DNA from: Mobula hypostoma
Lineage: Eukaryota
DNA length: 64,000 nt
NCBI RefSeq assembly: GCF_963921235.1
Contig: NC_086097.1
Location: 132,682,001-132,746,000 of the forward strand
Direction: 5' to 3'
The notes under the pieces are model-generated. The model saw only the letters and a program-made list of their open reading frames with translations. It did not search any database and was not told the DNA's origin. The translations under genes were made by a program, and so were the position numbers. Shown piece after piece: positions 25,826 through 38,196 of this stretch (its first letter is position 1; each line of letters begins with the position of its first letter).

Positions 25826-25974
25826 TGAAACAAAGAACAAAGAACAAAGGGATCACCTATTCAGAAACAGAGGCAAGATAAGATTTTTTCTCCCAGTGTT
25901 GTGAATCTTTGGAACTCTCTTCCTCCAAGAGGGTGGAAATAGAGCCTTTGAAGGCAGAAACAGTCAGACAGCAA

Positions 25975-26830
25975 AGCAGCTTATCCGGTAGAGTCACTGC
26001 CCCACAGCTCCTGGGATTTGGGTTCAATCTTGAGCTCAGGTGTTGTCTGTGTGGAGTTCACATGATCTCCCTGTGGGTGTTCCGGTTTCCTCACACGTCC
26101 CAAGGTGTGCAGGTCAATAGGTTAATTGGTAAGTAACCACTCATGTGTAGGTGAATGGTAGAATCTGGGGGGAGTTGATAAAAGTCAGTCAGTCGGTGCC
26201 ATCCCAAATCCGGGGTTGGTGGCTATCCACCTCCATCTTCTTCGTTCTTGCGACAGCACCAAGTACAGCCTCTCCTCCAGTTGTTCTCGCTGGCCGCCTT
26301 GGCACCGCCCGCCACCACTCCCACTGAACTCGAGCCCGAGGCTGTGTCGGCCTCCAGCCGCGGCCGCTTCTTCAAGCTCGGCCCTTCCTTAGGCGGAGGC
26401 CTTGAGCAGGACCAGGCACACGGTGCAGCGCCCAAGTTCATCATGTCTCTTCTAACTAAGTGCATAGCATACAATTCGTAGATATGTGGTGAGGCTTTAA
26501 TCTCTTCCACAGAAGATGGCCGTTGGCTCACAAGGAGCTCATCCACCCTTTGTCAGGTCTTGTGTTTTTTAGTCCTGCTGGGTATCCTCACACCCTCCTC
26601 ACCAGTCTAAGTCCAGTGGGGGAGCCGGCCCAAGTCGCCGACCACTTGACCACGACCCCTGGCCGAGCGCCACGTGCCCGCCCCCCCGCCGAATCTCTCC
26701 TAGCATCCGGCACCCTACCGAAAAGATTGATAAGAATATGGAGAGAATAATTTACAGGGAAATCTGTAGGGAATAGAATTGCTTTATGAACTGACATAGA
26801 CTTGGTGATCTGGTCTCCTCTGCTGGAAAG
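25975..26830 (+). mobile_element. V-SINE-like tRNA-derived SINE, split by the 26182-26726 insertion
   Basis: GGTTCAATC B-box, GTGTGGAGTTCACATG..CTCCCTGTGGGTGTTCCGGTTTCCTC core; related copies near 36860-37180, 41080-41260 (minus), 43930-44210, 50780-51060, 63300-63560. Confidence 0.7.
26182..26726 (-). mobile_element. GC-rich non-autonomous RTE-tailed insertion
   Basis: TSD TTGATAA (26175-26181, 26727-26733); (GACT)n tail; last codons LSQERRRWR resemble the RTE C-terminal AQDRxxWR motif. Confidence 0.7.
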
Positions 26831-27232
26831 AAACACAGAAATCTCTCTGGTCATGAGAGCTGTTCTGTTCAGATATAAAGTTAGCATTGTCCTGCATCAC
26901 TCGCTGTTTCTGGAGAAGGGTTGAGATCAGCTTCCACCATCCACTGCTTCTGCAAGTATTTCCCAGGTTCACTCTTATTTCTATACTCTGCCCATCTGCC
27001 CCTACCCCTTACTTCCAGATTTCCTTTTCCGTTCCCAAGTCAACCAATTTCCCTTAAGGCCTTGAAGCTATTAACAAAATCATGCCCTAACCCTTTAAAC
27101 TACAGGTATCACACAATCATGCCTCCTCCATTCAGTGTGGTAGGAAAGCAACTGCAGTAATCTCTTGTACGCAGCAAGGAAACAGACTCTCTGGTCCAGC
27201 TTGTCCATACTGACCATGAAGTCTATTAAAAC

Positions 27233-27312
27233 CAGAAGTTTCCAACCTCTTTTGTGTCAAGGAGCCTTGCCATGAACTGAGGAGTCTGTGGAGTCCAGGT
27301 TGGGAACTCCTG
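27233..27312. mobile_element. 80-bp hAT/Charlie-type MITE (diverged)
   Basis: CAGAAGTTTCCAACCT...AGGTTGGGAACTCCTG; 8-bp flanks ATTAAAAC/ATCTAAAC. Confidence 0.7.
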
Positions 27313-28438
27313 ATCTAAACTAATCCTATTTCCACCTAAACCTCTCCTACTATCTGTCCAAATGCTGTATCTTGTAAATGATGTTATACTTCTACAACCA
27401 TTTCCTCTAACAGCTTATTCGGTACACTCACCATCTTCTGAGGGAAAACGTGGCCTCTCAAGTCCATTTGAAATCCTCTCATCTTAAACCTCTGTCTTCT
27501 GTTTTTTGATTTCCCAGCCATGAGAATGAAGGAATCCAGGTGAGGTCTAACCAGGGATTTGCATCACTAAGGCATAACATTCACCCCTTTCACTCAGGTT
27601 CTCCAGAGGGAGGGACTGACCTCTGCCTCCCACCAGTCAGTGTAAAACATACCTTTAAAACAGATCAGATCTGTCCTAATACTTTGAAGGAAAGTTTGAA
27701 CTTCAATACAAAATACCACCAATCTGCAGAAGGGATATTGCAACTCCTCCTTATTTTTATTTAATTGCACCCATCAATCTTTATGAGTTAAGGTATTCTC
27801 CCAGTCATGTGACCACTACATCTCCGGACATTATCAGTGGCTGGGATGAAGGGAGTTGCTGCTCAAGGACTGGAACAATGCTGCCATCCTGTGGTCAAAC
27901 TGGAAGTGAACAAACTCCAGACAGGGAAAGACCTACTTTTCTGTAGCACAATCAAATATGTTTGAAATATGTTTGATACAACAATGTAGAGAATGCAGCA
28001 GCCAAATTACACACAGCAAGATCTCACACACAGCAATGACAAGCACAGTTCTGCTCAGCATACCATAGAAAGGCTATGACATGTATTGGAGAGGATGCAG
28101 AAAGTCACCTGGATTATGGGGAAAGACTGAATAGGTCTGGGTCGTTTTCTTTGTAGTAGGGGGGGCTGAAAGAGAGAAACCTAAGAGAGTTATATAAACA
28201 GACTAGTTTGTAAAAAAATTTTCCTTCAGGTAGTGGTTATAGAGTAAAGCAGCACAGAAACAGGCCCTTCAGCCCAACTTGTCCATGCCAACCCAAATTA
28301 CCTGTGTTTGGCTGATATCCCCCTCAGCCTTCCTGAGCATGTACATACCTATCCAAGTACCATTTATATGTTGCTAATGTACCTGGCCTCAACAATTTCT
28401 TCTGACAGTTCCTTCCATGTAATGCCCACCTTCTAGAT

Positions 28439-28518
28439 CAGGGGTTCCCAAACTTTTTTATGCCATGGACATCTACCATTAATTGAGAGGGCCATGAACA
28501 CCAGTTTGGGAACCCCTG
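28439..28518. mobile_element. 80-bp hAT/Charlie-type MITE
   Basis: Perfect 16-bp TIR CAGGGGTTCCCAAACT; 8-bp flanks TTCTAGAT/TTCTAGGA resembling the NTCTAGAN Charlie target. Confidence 0.88.
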
Positions 28519-29364
28519 TTCTAGGATGAATAAGCTGCTGTTCAGTTTCCTATTGAATCTCTCACCATTCACCTTAAATCTATACCCCACAGTCCTGATT
28601 CTCTAACACTAGGAAAAAGACTATTTCCATTCACCCTATCTGTATATTATACTTCCAAAAGATCACCCTTCATTTTTCTACACTGTCTTGAAATGAAATT
28701 GTACAGTTCCTCAAGCTAGAAGGCATAGCTTTGGTGGGAATCTGAGGGAAAACCCTTATCCCCCGCAGGTGGTTGGAATCTGGAACACTTTGCCTGAGGA
28801 AGTGGTATAGGCAGCAACTCTCATATCATTTAAGAAGTATCTAGTCAATCATTTGAATCACCAAGGCGGTGATTCAAGTGCTGGAAAATGGGATTAGTAT
28901 AGATAGCTACTTGATGGTCAGCAGAGACATGGAGGGCCGAAAACCCTGTTTTTTGCTCTATTACTATGACTCCAAGTTTTCTTGACTAGTGCAGATCAAA
29001 GGATAAATATTAGGCAGGGTGTCATCTCACCACAACCAATATCTTCTCAAACCATCGGAAAGAGCAGACAGAGTCTCTGACTAATTGCTAAAGATGTTGT
29101 TAAACTGAAAATAAAGAGACGCAATTAAACAGGAAAGGGTAGAAGAAAGATTATGAGGATCTTGCCAGCTCTGGAGGTTTTGAGTTATAAGGTGAAGCTC
29201 GTTAGGCGAAGGTATTCTTCAATGTGGTGTGAGAGGCTGGGGGGTGATCTCATAAAAGCTTATAAAAACATGAGAAGCATAGTTAAAATGAATGGTCACA
29301 AGTCTTTTCCCCAGGGTAGAGGAATCTAAAACTAAACAGCACAGAACACAGGATACATATTTTA

Positions 29365-31010
29365 AAGTACAAAGTAATTTTATTATAAAAGTGCATTTAT
29401 GTGCTCATATACAACTCAGAGATTCATTTTCTTGCAGGCATACTCAATAAATCTAATAACTACAATAGAATCAATGACAGAATACACCGACAGGGCAGAA
29501 AACCAAAGGACAACAAACAGTGCAAATACAAAAAGAAAGAGAAATAAATAAATAAATAAGCAATAAATATCAAGAAAATGAGACGAAGAGTCTTTGAAAA
29601 TGAGTCCATCGGTTATGGGAACATTTCAATGATGAGGCAAGTGAAGTTGAGTGAAGTTTTCCCCTTTGCTTCAGGATCCTGGTGTTTGAGGGGTGATCAC
29701 CATACCTGAACCTGGTGGTGTGAGTCCTGAGGCTCTTGTACCTTCTTCCTGATGGCAGAAGTGAGAAGAGAGCATGTTCTGGGCCGTGGGGGAATTCCCT
29801 GATCATGGATGCTGCTTTCCTGTTTTGTGCATTTGTGCTCAATGGTGGGGAGGGCTTTACCTGTGATGGACTGGGCCATATCCATTATATTTTGTAGGAT
29901 TTTCCATTCAATACTGGGCTGTAATGCAACCAGTCAATATACTCTCCATCACACATCTATAGAAGTTTGTCAAAGTTTTAGATATCATGCCAAACCTTCG
30001 CAAATTTCTAAGGAAGTAGAGGCATTGCCAAGCTTTCTTCATAGTTACACTTACACACTGGGTTCAGGACAGGTCCTTTGAAATTATAACCCCAAGGAAT
30101 TTAAAGTTGCTGTACCTCTGATCCCCCACTGAGGATTGGCTCACGGACCTCCGGTTTTCTCTTGGTGAAGTCAATAATTAACTCCTTAGTCTTTGCTCAC
30201 ATCGAGTAAGAGGTTCTTGCTGTGGTACAATCTCTCCTATATGTGGATTTGTCACCACCTTTGATTCGGCCAACAACAGTGGTGGTGTCAGCAAACTTAA
30301 ATATGGCATTGGAGCTGGCCTTAGCCACACAGTCATAAGTGTAAAGTGAGTAGAGCAGGCGGCTAAGCTCATAGCCTTGGGGTGCACCTGTGCTGATGGA
30401 GATTGTGGAGGAGATATTTTTTGTCAATCTGAAACGACTGGGGACTGCAAGTGTGGGAATCAAGAATCCAATTGCATGACGAGGTATTGATGCCAAGGTC
30501 TTGAAGCTTATTGATCAGTTTTGAGGTATGATAGTATTGAGTGTCAAACTGTACTTGATAAAGAGCATCCTGTTGTATGCACCTTATCTGTCCAGATATT
30601 CCAGGGTTGAATGAAGAGCCTATGAAATGGTCTTATAGTCTTCTGGTTATACGCTGTGGACCTGTTGTGCTAGTAGGCAAATTGGAGCAGATCCAAGTTG
30701 CTTCTTAGGTAGGAGTTAATATTTTTTTTTGCAAACCTTTTCATCACTGTGGTTGTAAGTGCTGTTGGATGATAGTCACTGAGGCAGGTTACGAACTTCT
30801 TCTTAGGCACTGACATAATTGAAGCCTGCTTGAAGCAGGCAGGTACCTTAGACTGTCAAAGCAAGAGATTAAAGTTCTCAGAAAACACTACAGCCAGTTG
30901 ATCCACACAGGTCTTTAGTACTTGGCAGGTACCCCATCTGGGCTGGATGCTTTCCATTGGTTCACCCTCCTGAAGGGTGTTCTCATGTCAACCTTCAAAA
31001 CTGAAATCAT
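29365..31010 (-). mobile_element. Old Rex1/Babar-like LINE, 5'-truncated
   Basis: STGAPQG...LYSLYTYDCVA...FKFADTTTVVG (30197-30496); LFSLLPSGRRYKSLRTHTTRF (29570-29842). Confidence 0.85.
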
Positions 31011-32039
31011 GACTCTTTGGCCCACAATGTTGTGCTGACCTTTTAATCTGCTCTAATATCAACCTAACCCTTTCTTGTCAGATAGCCCTCTAATTTTCTG
31101 GCAGCCATGTATCTATCTAAGAGTCTCTTAAATGTCCCTCATGTCCCTCTGATTCTGCCACCACACTTGACAGTGTGTTCCACATACCCATCACCCATCA
31201 CTCTCTGTGTAAAAAAACACATATCTCTGATATCCAAAGCTTAATGTCAGAGGGGAAAGATTTGAAAGGCACCAGAGGGGAAAATTTTTCACCTAAGGAG
31301 TGGTGGGTATGTGGAATGAACTGCCAAAGGAATTTGCCAGAAGCAAGCACCATTATGTTTAAAAGATATCTAGACAAGTACATGGATGTGGACCAAATGT
31401 AGGGAGATGGGACCAGCTGAGTAAGGCAACATGGATGAGTTAGGAGAAAGCATCTGTTTTCTGTGCTGTGTAGCTCTATGACTCAAATTGTTATTTTCCG
31501 ACATGAGTGGACCCTTCCCCTGATAGTACACAGTCTCAGGGTAACAAGGCACCTATCAAAGATGAGCAGAAGTTTCTTCTCTCAAACGGAAGTGAATCTG
31601 TGGAATTCTCTAGCTCAAAGCAGCATTAGGGTGGAATCACTAAATATATTCAAGACTGTGCATGAAGGAATTTGAATGGGAGGGGAGTCAAGGGCAAAGA
31701 AGCCCAGGCAGAAGAGTGGATCCAGTATTACATACCAATGAATGGCAGAGCACGTTTAAAAAACAATTGATCCACTCATGCAAATGCTTATGTACTTAAT
31801 GCAATGCATTTAATCTCAGGCAGTGGTTAAATATCAGACAAATCAACCAGGCACCTTTGGAGAAGAATGTTCCTCCTCTATGAAAAAGAAACTAATCCAG
31901 AAATTTGATTTGGATCTTTTGGCTTGTTGCTGTAACTACTTCCTGTAGAAGTGATCTCCACCCCTACTCTACTGCTTTTAGAGGCTCAAACAATTCAGCA
32001 TATCCCAGTAGACCCTCACAAATATTTATTGATACCCAC

Positions 32040-32450
32040 CATCATTATCAGTGATCACTCATAGTCGAGTATGATTCTTCTCCTGGTGATTGATCTGGTC
32101 ATTTGTGGGTCTTAAAATGACTGAAGAGGCCGACCATGATCCACAATTCCTATTGCATTGTTGGCAGGTGTAGGTCCTTGAAGTGGTGGTGGATGTAGTT
32201 GGTTGGGCCTTTCCCAGTCTCTCCTTACGTTGAAGCCCCTTAGCCGCAGTGGCACAGTGGAGGTATTCTTTGAGCCGTGCTGTCCCCTCATAGACTGTCC
32301 TTCTCCAGCTTTCCCTATCCTGTGCTAATTTCTCCCACCCATTCAGACTGTTGTGGCACTTCCTCGGGTGGGTCTTGAGCCTCTTTTTCTGCCCTCCAGG
32401 AGTGCACTTTGCATCTTTGAGCTGGCTGAACAGGAGTAGTTTATTGGAGT
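32040..32450 (-). mobile_element. RTE-clade LINE 3' fragment
   Basis: Reverse strand reads LFSQLKDAKCTPGGQKKRLK...WEKLAQDRESWRR; (GAT)n-like tail. Confidence 0.7.
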
Positions 32451-32459
32451 TAAAGGAGT

Positions 32460-32885
32460 CATTGATGCACTATCTAAAGCACCCTATTGGGATGTATCAT
32501 GGCTTGAGATTGCAAAGAACTGCAAAGCGTTCTGAATGCTGCTTAACACATCATCCATCTACACCTGTTGCTGTCCCCATAAAGCAGTCAACATACTCAA
32601 AGGCCCCCTCTGCCATGGACAGTACTTTGTTTCTCCACCCAATAGGAAGAATATACAAGCACCTAAAAGTACATGCCACCAGCTTCAGGAACAACTTCTA
32701 TTGCGTATTTATAGGACTATCAATTGGATCTCACAATCTTCCTCATTGTGCCCTTTGCACCATATTATCTACCTGCTCTGCGCTTTATCTGAAACTGTAA
32801 CACAAAATCTTGCATTCTAATTTTGCTACCTCGATAACTGTTGTGATGAAATGATCTGTGTGGATAGTAGGCAAAACAAGGTTCC
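32460..32885 (+). mobile_element. Old Rex1-like 3' fragment
   Basis: PIGRIYKHLKVHATSFRNNFY resembles the Rex1 C-terminus of other copies in the window. Confidence 0.6.
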
Positions 32886-33382
32886 AGTGGTTCAACTTTC
32901 TTTGGGTAAAGAGCCAGATGGTAAATTCTAACTCGGCCTTATTTCGTCCAGGAAAGTTATGTTGCTGGACATGGAACATGTTGGAAAATGGAGTCACCAA
33001 ATGAGGAGCTGAGCTAATCTTTCTTCTATTGACTCAAACAGCTGTGAAATTCCTCATGGGCTCCCTTGGGCCTCCTTTGTTACTGCACCAGCATGTTAGT
33101 CTACATTTGGCTTCTGTTTCTAAAATCCCCAGCCATTAGAGAAAGTTGAGAATGTTTCCCAAAGGGATCCAGGCAGCTATTAGAGCAAATGGCAATCAGC
33201 AAGATGCAGCCGTAGAATAAGGGAGGTTTAAATTCTCAATGCCTTTCAGGAGAGTGCTGCACAGGGTGACAGGTGTCTGATGAAAGACCTCATTTTGTAC
33301 AGACATGAAGTACCCAGCACTGAGGTAAGGACACGGCTCTTCTTTAACTGGCTCTCCATTCAGAGGTAGTGTACTGACAGAG

Positions 33383-33870
33383 TCAAGTCAAGTCAAGGTT
33401 ATTGTCACGTGCACAAGTATAGTGAGGTAAAGCTACCAAGAGAAACTTGTTTGCAGTGGCATCACAGGCACATAGCTACAGATGGCATGCAAAATATATA
33501 TTATATACATAAATTATACAAGGCAGAGAAGAGAGAGAAAAAACTTAAATACATATATAAGGCATAGGTGCAAATAAAGAGACACAATCAGGAGCACAAA
33601 TCCATGGTAAAGCAAAAGGTGGTCCTTAGTGTTATGTTGCTGAGGTAAGGTTAGGGTTGAGCTGGTTGGTTCAAGAGCCTGATGGCCGAAGGAAATTTAC
33701 TGTTCCTGCACTGGGTGGGGAGAGAATTCAAGCTTCTCTACCTCCTGCCTGATGGCAGTACCAAGAAGTGAGAAAGGGCCAGATGGTGGGGATCTTTGAT
33801 GATAGATGCCCTCCTGTAGACGATTTCAATGGTGGGGAGGGATGTGTCCACTGAATGCCGTTGTGCGGAG
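33383..33870 (-). mobile_element. Old Rex1-like 3' fragment
   Basis: (GTCAA)n tail then TTATTGTCA; CTCCTGCCTGATGG and GGGGATCTTTGATGAT motifs. Confidence 0.6.
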
Positions 33871-36039
33871 GTGTCAAGCCATTCTAGACAAAGGAAAGGG
33901 AGTTCCCATCAACTGTTTGTTTCACCCACTTGGAGGGTTTCAGTATCAACAAGGTTACTGCATTGGTCAGAACTGGCAGGGATGTTGTATTGGGAGGCGA
34001 CACTCCGACTGGTTCCCCAGTAAATGTTCGTGTAAACTCAGCACGTGTAAAATTGGAACAGCATCTCCCTCAGATCCTCTTTAAATCTTTCTCCGGTTAT
34101 CTTAAACTGTAAACCAATATAGAGCAATTCAGAACAGGCTCTTCAGCCCACGGTTTCATGCTAAATTAATTATGCATACCCCTCCATCCTCTGCATGTTC
34201 ATTAAGATCTTCTTAAACACCTGTCAGATCTGGATGGCAGGGAGAACAGGGCTGATGGGACCATGTAGGGAGACTTGTCAGGCTTGTTTTCCCTGGACTG
34301 GAGGAGAATGAGGGTTCCTGACTGAGGCATACAAAATTACAAGAGGGAGAGATGGGTTTCAGATTGAGAAACTTTTCCCATTAGCTGGCATGTCTATAAA
34401 CAGAGCACTTATGCTTAAGGTGAGGGTAGAAGATTTAGAAAGAGGGTGATTGGAATCTGAAGTACAATATTTGGGGAGATTGTGGTGGCATTTAGGAATA
34501 ATTTAGATGAACACCAGGGTTTGAAGGCTAAGTGCTGGAAAAGGGATTAGTACAGAGAGACACTTAACCACAGCGTGACTGTGATAGGTTGAAGGACCTG
34601 TTTCCATGCCATGTGACAATGACACCCAATCACTTTACTTCTTGCTTTCCATTGGAGCTCTGGACAGTGCATCGTGACCACCCTTAATCGTCCTGACAAT
34701 CCTGATGCTGCTCCAGATCCTCCCAGATAATCTATAATCTACAATCTCAAGCCAAACAAAATAGCAAACAAAAATTCATTGTTATATCAAATAAATCTGA
34801 AGAGCAACATGGAGGACTCCATTAGATCCACACAGCAGAAGGGTGAGTCTTCACAACAGAGGAGTTAGTGTACTCCCAGTCTGTGTTAATGTCCAAAAGC
34901 AACATACCCTTTAGTCACCTGATTTGCCTGTTCATGTAGAGTCAAGGCTTGCGATGTATAAGTGATATTTTTCTGAATACATCATAACCTGTCTAGTGTT
35001 TCCAGATATCTTTCAATCTAGTCCCAATAAATAGTGTCAGCCTGAAACTTCAACTGTTTGTTCACCTCCATCGATGTTGCCTGATCTGCTGACTTCCTCA
35101 AGCATTTTGTGTGTTGCTCCATCAATCTAACTTACTCTTCATAACAAAAGGCTCTGCAAAAAGACCTAATAGTATTTACTGTATGTTAATATAAAGATGC
35201 ATTGTATGGAGGGTGACCATGACATATTTTCAGTACACACTTCTGTAAGTATAATAACAGGCATTTATCTGAGATTCCCAATTAGTGCAAAGAAAGAACA
35301 GTCAGTTTTCCTGGTTCAAAAGACTTTCCACAAAGGAGTCACTTTAATATTTTGAGAACTCAGCCTGAATCGCTGAGGTTCTAGCTTGGACAGTACTTCT
35401 ACAAAGTGCATGGTGAGAGGAGATATACAGCCTTTCATATATTTGTTTTCTCCTGTATTTGCAGTCTTGACTGAATAATATTATCACTGGGTCCTGCTAC
35501 CTTTAGGCAGTGAGTTGTGATAAGCTTGAATTGGATAAAATACTCATGTTGATCCAAGAATCATACTGGACTGCAATGGAAGAGTTCCCTAATCTTTTTT
35601 TTTCCTAAAAAAAATGTTCATAATAGGTCTATAAAAGATATGCACCCTTTAAAATTGTTGTCCATGGGATGTGGTTATCATTGGGCAATGCCTACACCAA
35701 CAATAGCCCTTCTCTCGTTACTTTGGTTAGATGATGCTTAGGAATCAATAATGTATTTGCATGGAATCAGCATGTACAATGTTGGAAGGCTGCATATTGG
35801 CCACACTGGGGAGGTCTGTGCCTTGGAGGGAACCTTCAAGAAGGTGTTGTTTCCACAACAGCACTGTCTTTTCCTGTTAGATTTAAGAAAATGGGCTACT
35901 CCCTAGTCAACGGTGGTGAAATATTGCAGCTCATACAAGTGCAACAACAGTCAGAGAAAATGGCTAACATTGAGTTGTATGGTGAGGAAGGTAACCAAGT
36001 GAACACTACTGTCTTATATATCGTCAAGCTGTGTTTTAC

Positions 36040-36852
36040 CACGGGCTTCACGTAACGTAGCGGTTATTGCAATGCTTTACAGGGTTTAATTCCCGCCACT
36101 GCCTGTAAGGAGTCTGTATGTTCTCCCTCTGACCACATAGGTTTCCTGCCACATTGCAATGGTGTATTGTTATGGTTAGTGAATTGTGAGCAAGCGATGT
36201 TGCTGCTGGACGTGTGGTCTCACTTGCGGGTCACTCAGCACAATCCTTCCTGATTTGATTTGACGCAAACAACGCATTTCTCTGTATGTTCTGATGTACA
36301 GTTCTGTGCAGAAGTCTCAGGCAAATATAGACAGCTAAGACTTTTGCACATTACTGTAGTAATTTTATGTGTTGCACTGTACTGCTTCCTTAAAATAACA
36401 AATTTCATGACAGGTGAGTGATGATAAATCTGATTCTGATATGGGGTCCTATTGAGCACTGAGAGTGGGAAAGGCACAGGGAGAGGGTATTAATGGTTGG
36501 GAAAATGGGAAGAGAGAGGGGAATGGAGTGGGAAGTACCAGAGAAATATTCCATAATGATCAGTAACCCAATTGTTTAGAATCAAATTACTTTGCCTGGC
36601 GTCTCAGGGATGGGTTTGTCTGCACTCATGCCATCCCCACTCCAGCACTTCTTCTCTGCCATCTGTCCCACACCCCTCCCGCAGTGTTCCACCCTCACCA
36701 TTCCCAACATTCTTTGCTCCCGCCAGAGTTACAAACTTGCTCTCCGCTCCAAGTTGACAAATACAGTGCTGTGCAAAAGTCTTAGGCACCCGAGCTATAT
36801 TTATGTGCCCAAGACATTTGCACACTACTGTGCATGTGACAAATAAGGCTAG
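36040..36852 (+). mobile_element. tRNA-derived SINE interrupted near its 3' end by the composite MITE unit
   Basis: GTAGCGGTT A-box-like and GGGTTTAATTCCCG B-box-like head, V-like core; tail ...CTGATGTA | CATGTGACAAATAAGGCT split at a TA. Confidence 0.65.
36299..36830. mobile_element. Composite Tc1/mariner-type non-autonomous unit: two mini-MITEs (36299-36356, 36764-36830) flanking about 400 bp cargo
   Basis: Each MITE is CAGTNCTGTGCARAAGTCTYAGGCA...AAGACWTTTGCACANTACTG; TA at 36297-36298, TG at 36831-36832. Confidence 0.75.
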
Positions 36853-37527
36853 TGAGCATGGGTGCGGTGATTAGAACTGCTGTCTTCCCACTCCTACGAA
36901 CCACATTCATTTGCGACCTCGGGGCACTGTCTGTGTGGAGCTTATATGTTCTCCCTGCGACTCTGTGGGTTTCTCCTAGTGATTTGACTTTAGCATCTCA
37001 AAGGTGAGCAAGTCAGTAGACTACTGGGCTACTACAAATTGCAAGTGGATGGTGGAATCTGGTCCAAATTGGTGAGGATAAAATTGGAATGGTGCAGGAT
37101 TGGTGTGAATGGGTGCTTAATGGTCAGCATGAACTCAATGGACTTTAAGGCCTATGCTATGTGACCCTGTGACTCCATAAGTACTCCATCACAGGAGTGG
37201 GTTAGATAGTGGAGAGTCTGTCAAGAATCTATGGGGCAAATCACACTGAACAAAGGTACTCTGCTTTGATGCCAATGGTCCCGTGCAGGAGCTGGTCAAT
37301 GTGACTGTCCAACTGGAAATTAAACTGCCCTCTCATTGCCGTCACCTGACCCTCACACATTTTCATTATATAATTCTGAAGTATTATTTGCATGGTGTCT
37401 GAGTCTGGGACTTAAACTCATGACCTTCTGACTCAGAGATGAGAAAGCTATTACCAAGCAAAGCATGTACTTATAATAAAATGCAAAAAAAAAGCAGTAC
37501 AAGTCATATTTACATATAATTAGCTTG

Positions 37528-37567
37528 CTGTTTTGATGTCACTCTGTTTTGATGTCACTCTGTTTTG
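37528..37567. repeat. Short tandem repeat, 16-bp unit x2.5
   Basis: CTGTTTTGATGTCACT CTGTTTTGATGTCACT CTGTTTTG. Confidence 0.9.
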
Positions 37568-38196
37568 GACCACAGCCAGCATTAAAATAGTCAAATAAGA
37601 TATAATTTGACACAGTTGTGCCACAGCCAGCTTTAGCACAAAATTCTGTTGAAATAGGTCATCAAGGGGTCAATTACAATGTCCAATATACCTAACTGCA
37701 TTCAATAATTGGTCCCCACATTATGTGAGGGTGCGGGGTCCATTGGAAGGTCCCATCCGAAGCAAACAAAATCTTCATCAAGGACATCTAAGTGTGTGTT
37801 GAAACAGGTGGAGGCCATTTGGCTCTTCAAGTATTCCTCCATTCAATGAGATAACAATCTCAATCACAGTTCAACTCTGCTCCCCTCCCCAGGTTTGGTA
37901 ACTCTCTATAAGGGATCCCTCTATTCCAACCTCTTGAACTTCTCTGCATTAATCAATTCTCCCTTGGCTGTGCTTTCAACTGATGATGCACAAATTTCTA
38001 GAATTCCTTTCCTAAACTCATTCTTGATCAATGGGTTTTTAGATATTCAACAAATAAAGGGATGTGGGGTTATCACAGGAGAGTAGCACTAAGTATAAGG
38101 TTAATGCCAATCTCTCCAAGTGATGGAGAGGACAAGGGAGCCAGGGGCCTATTCCTGCTTCTATTACAATTCCTCTTCCTTGTTTCTCCCAAAACC

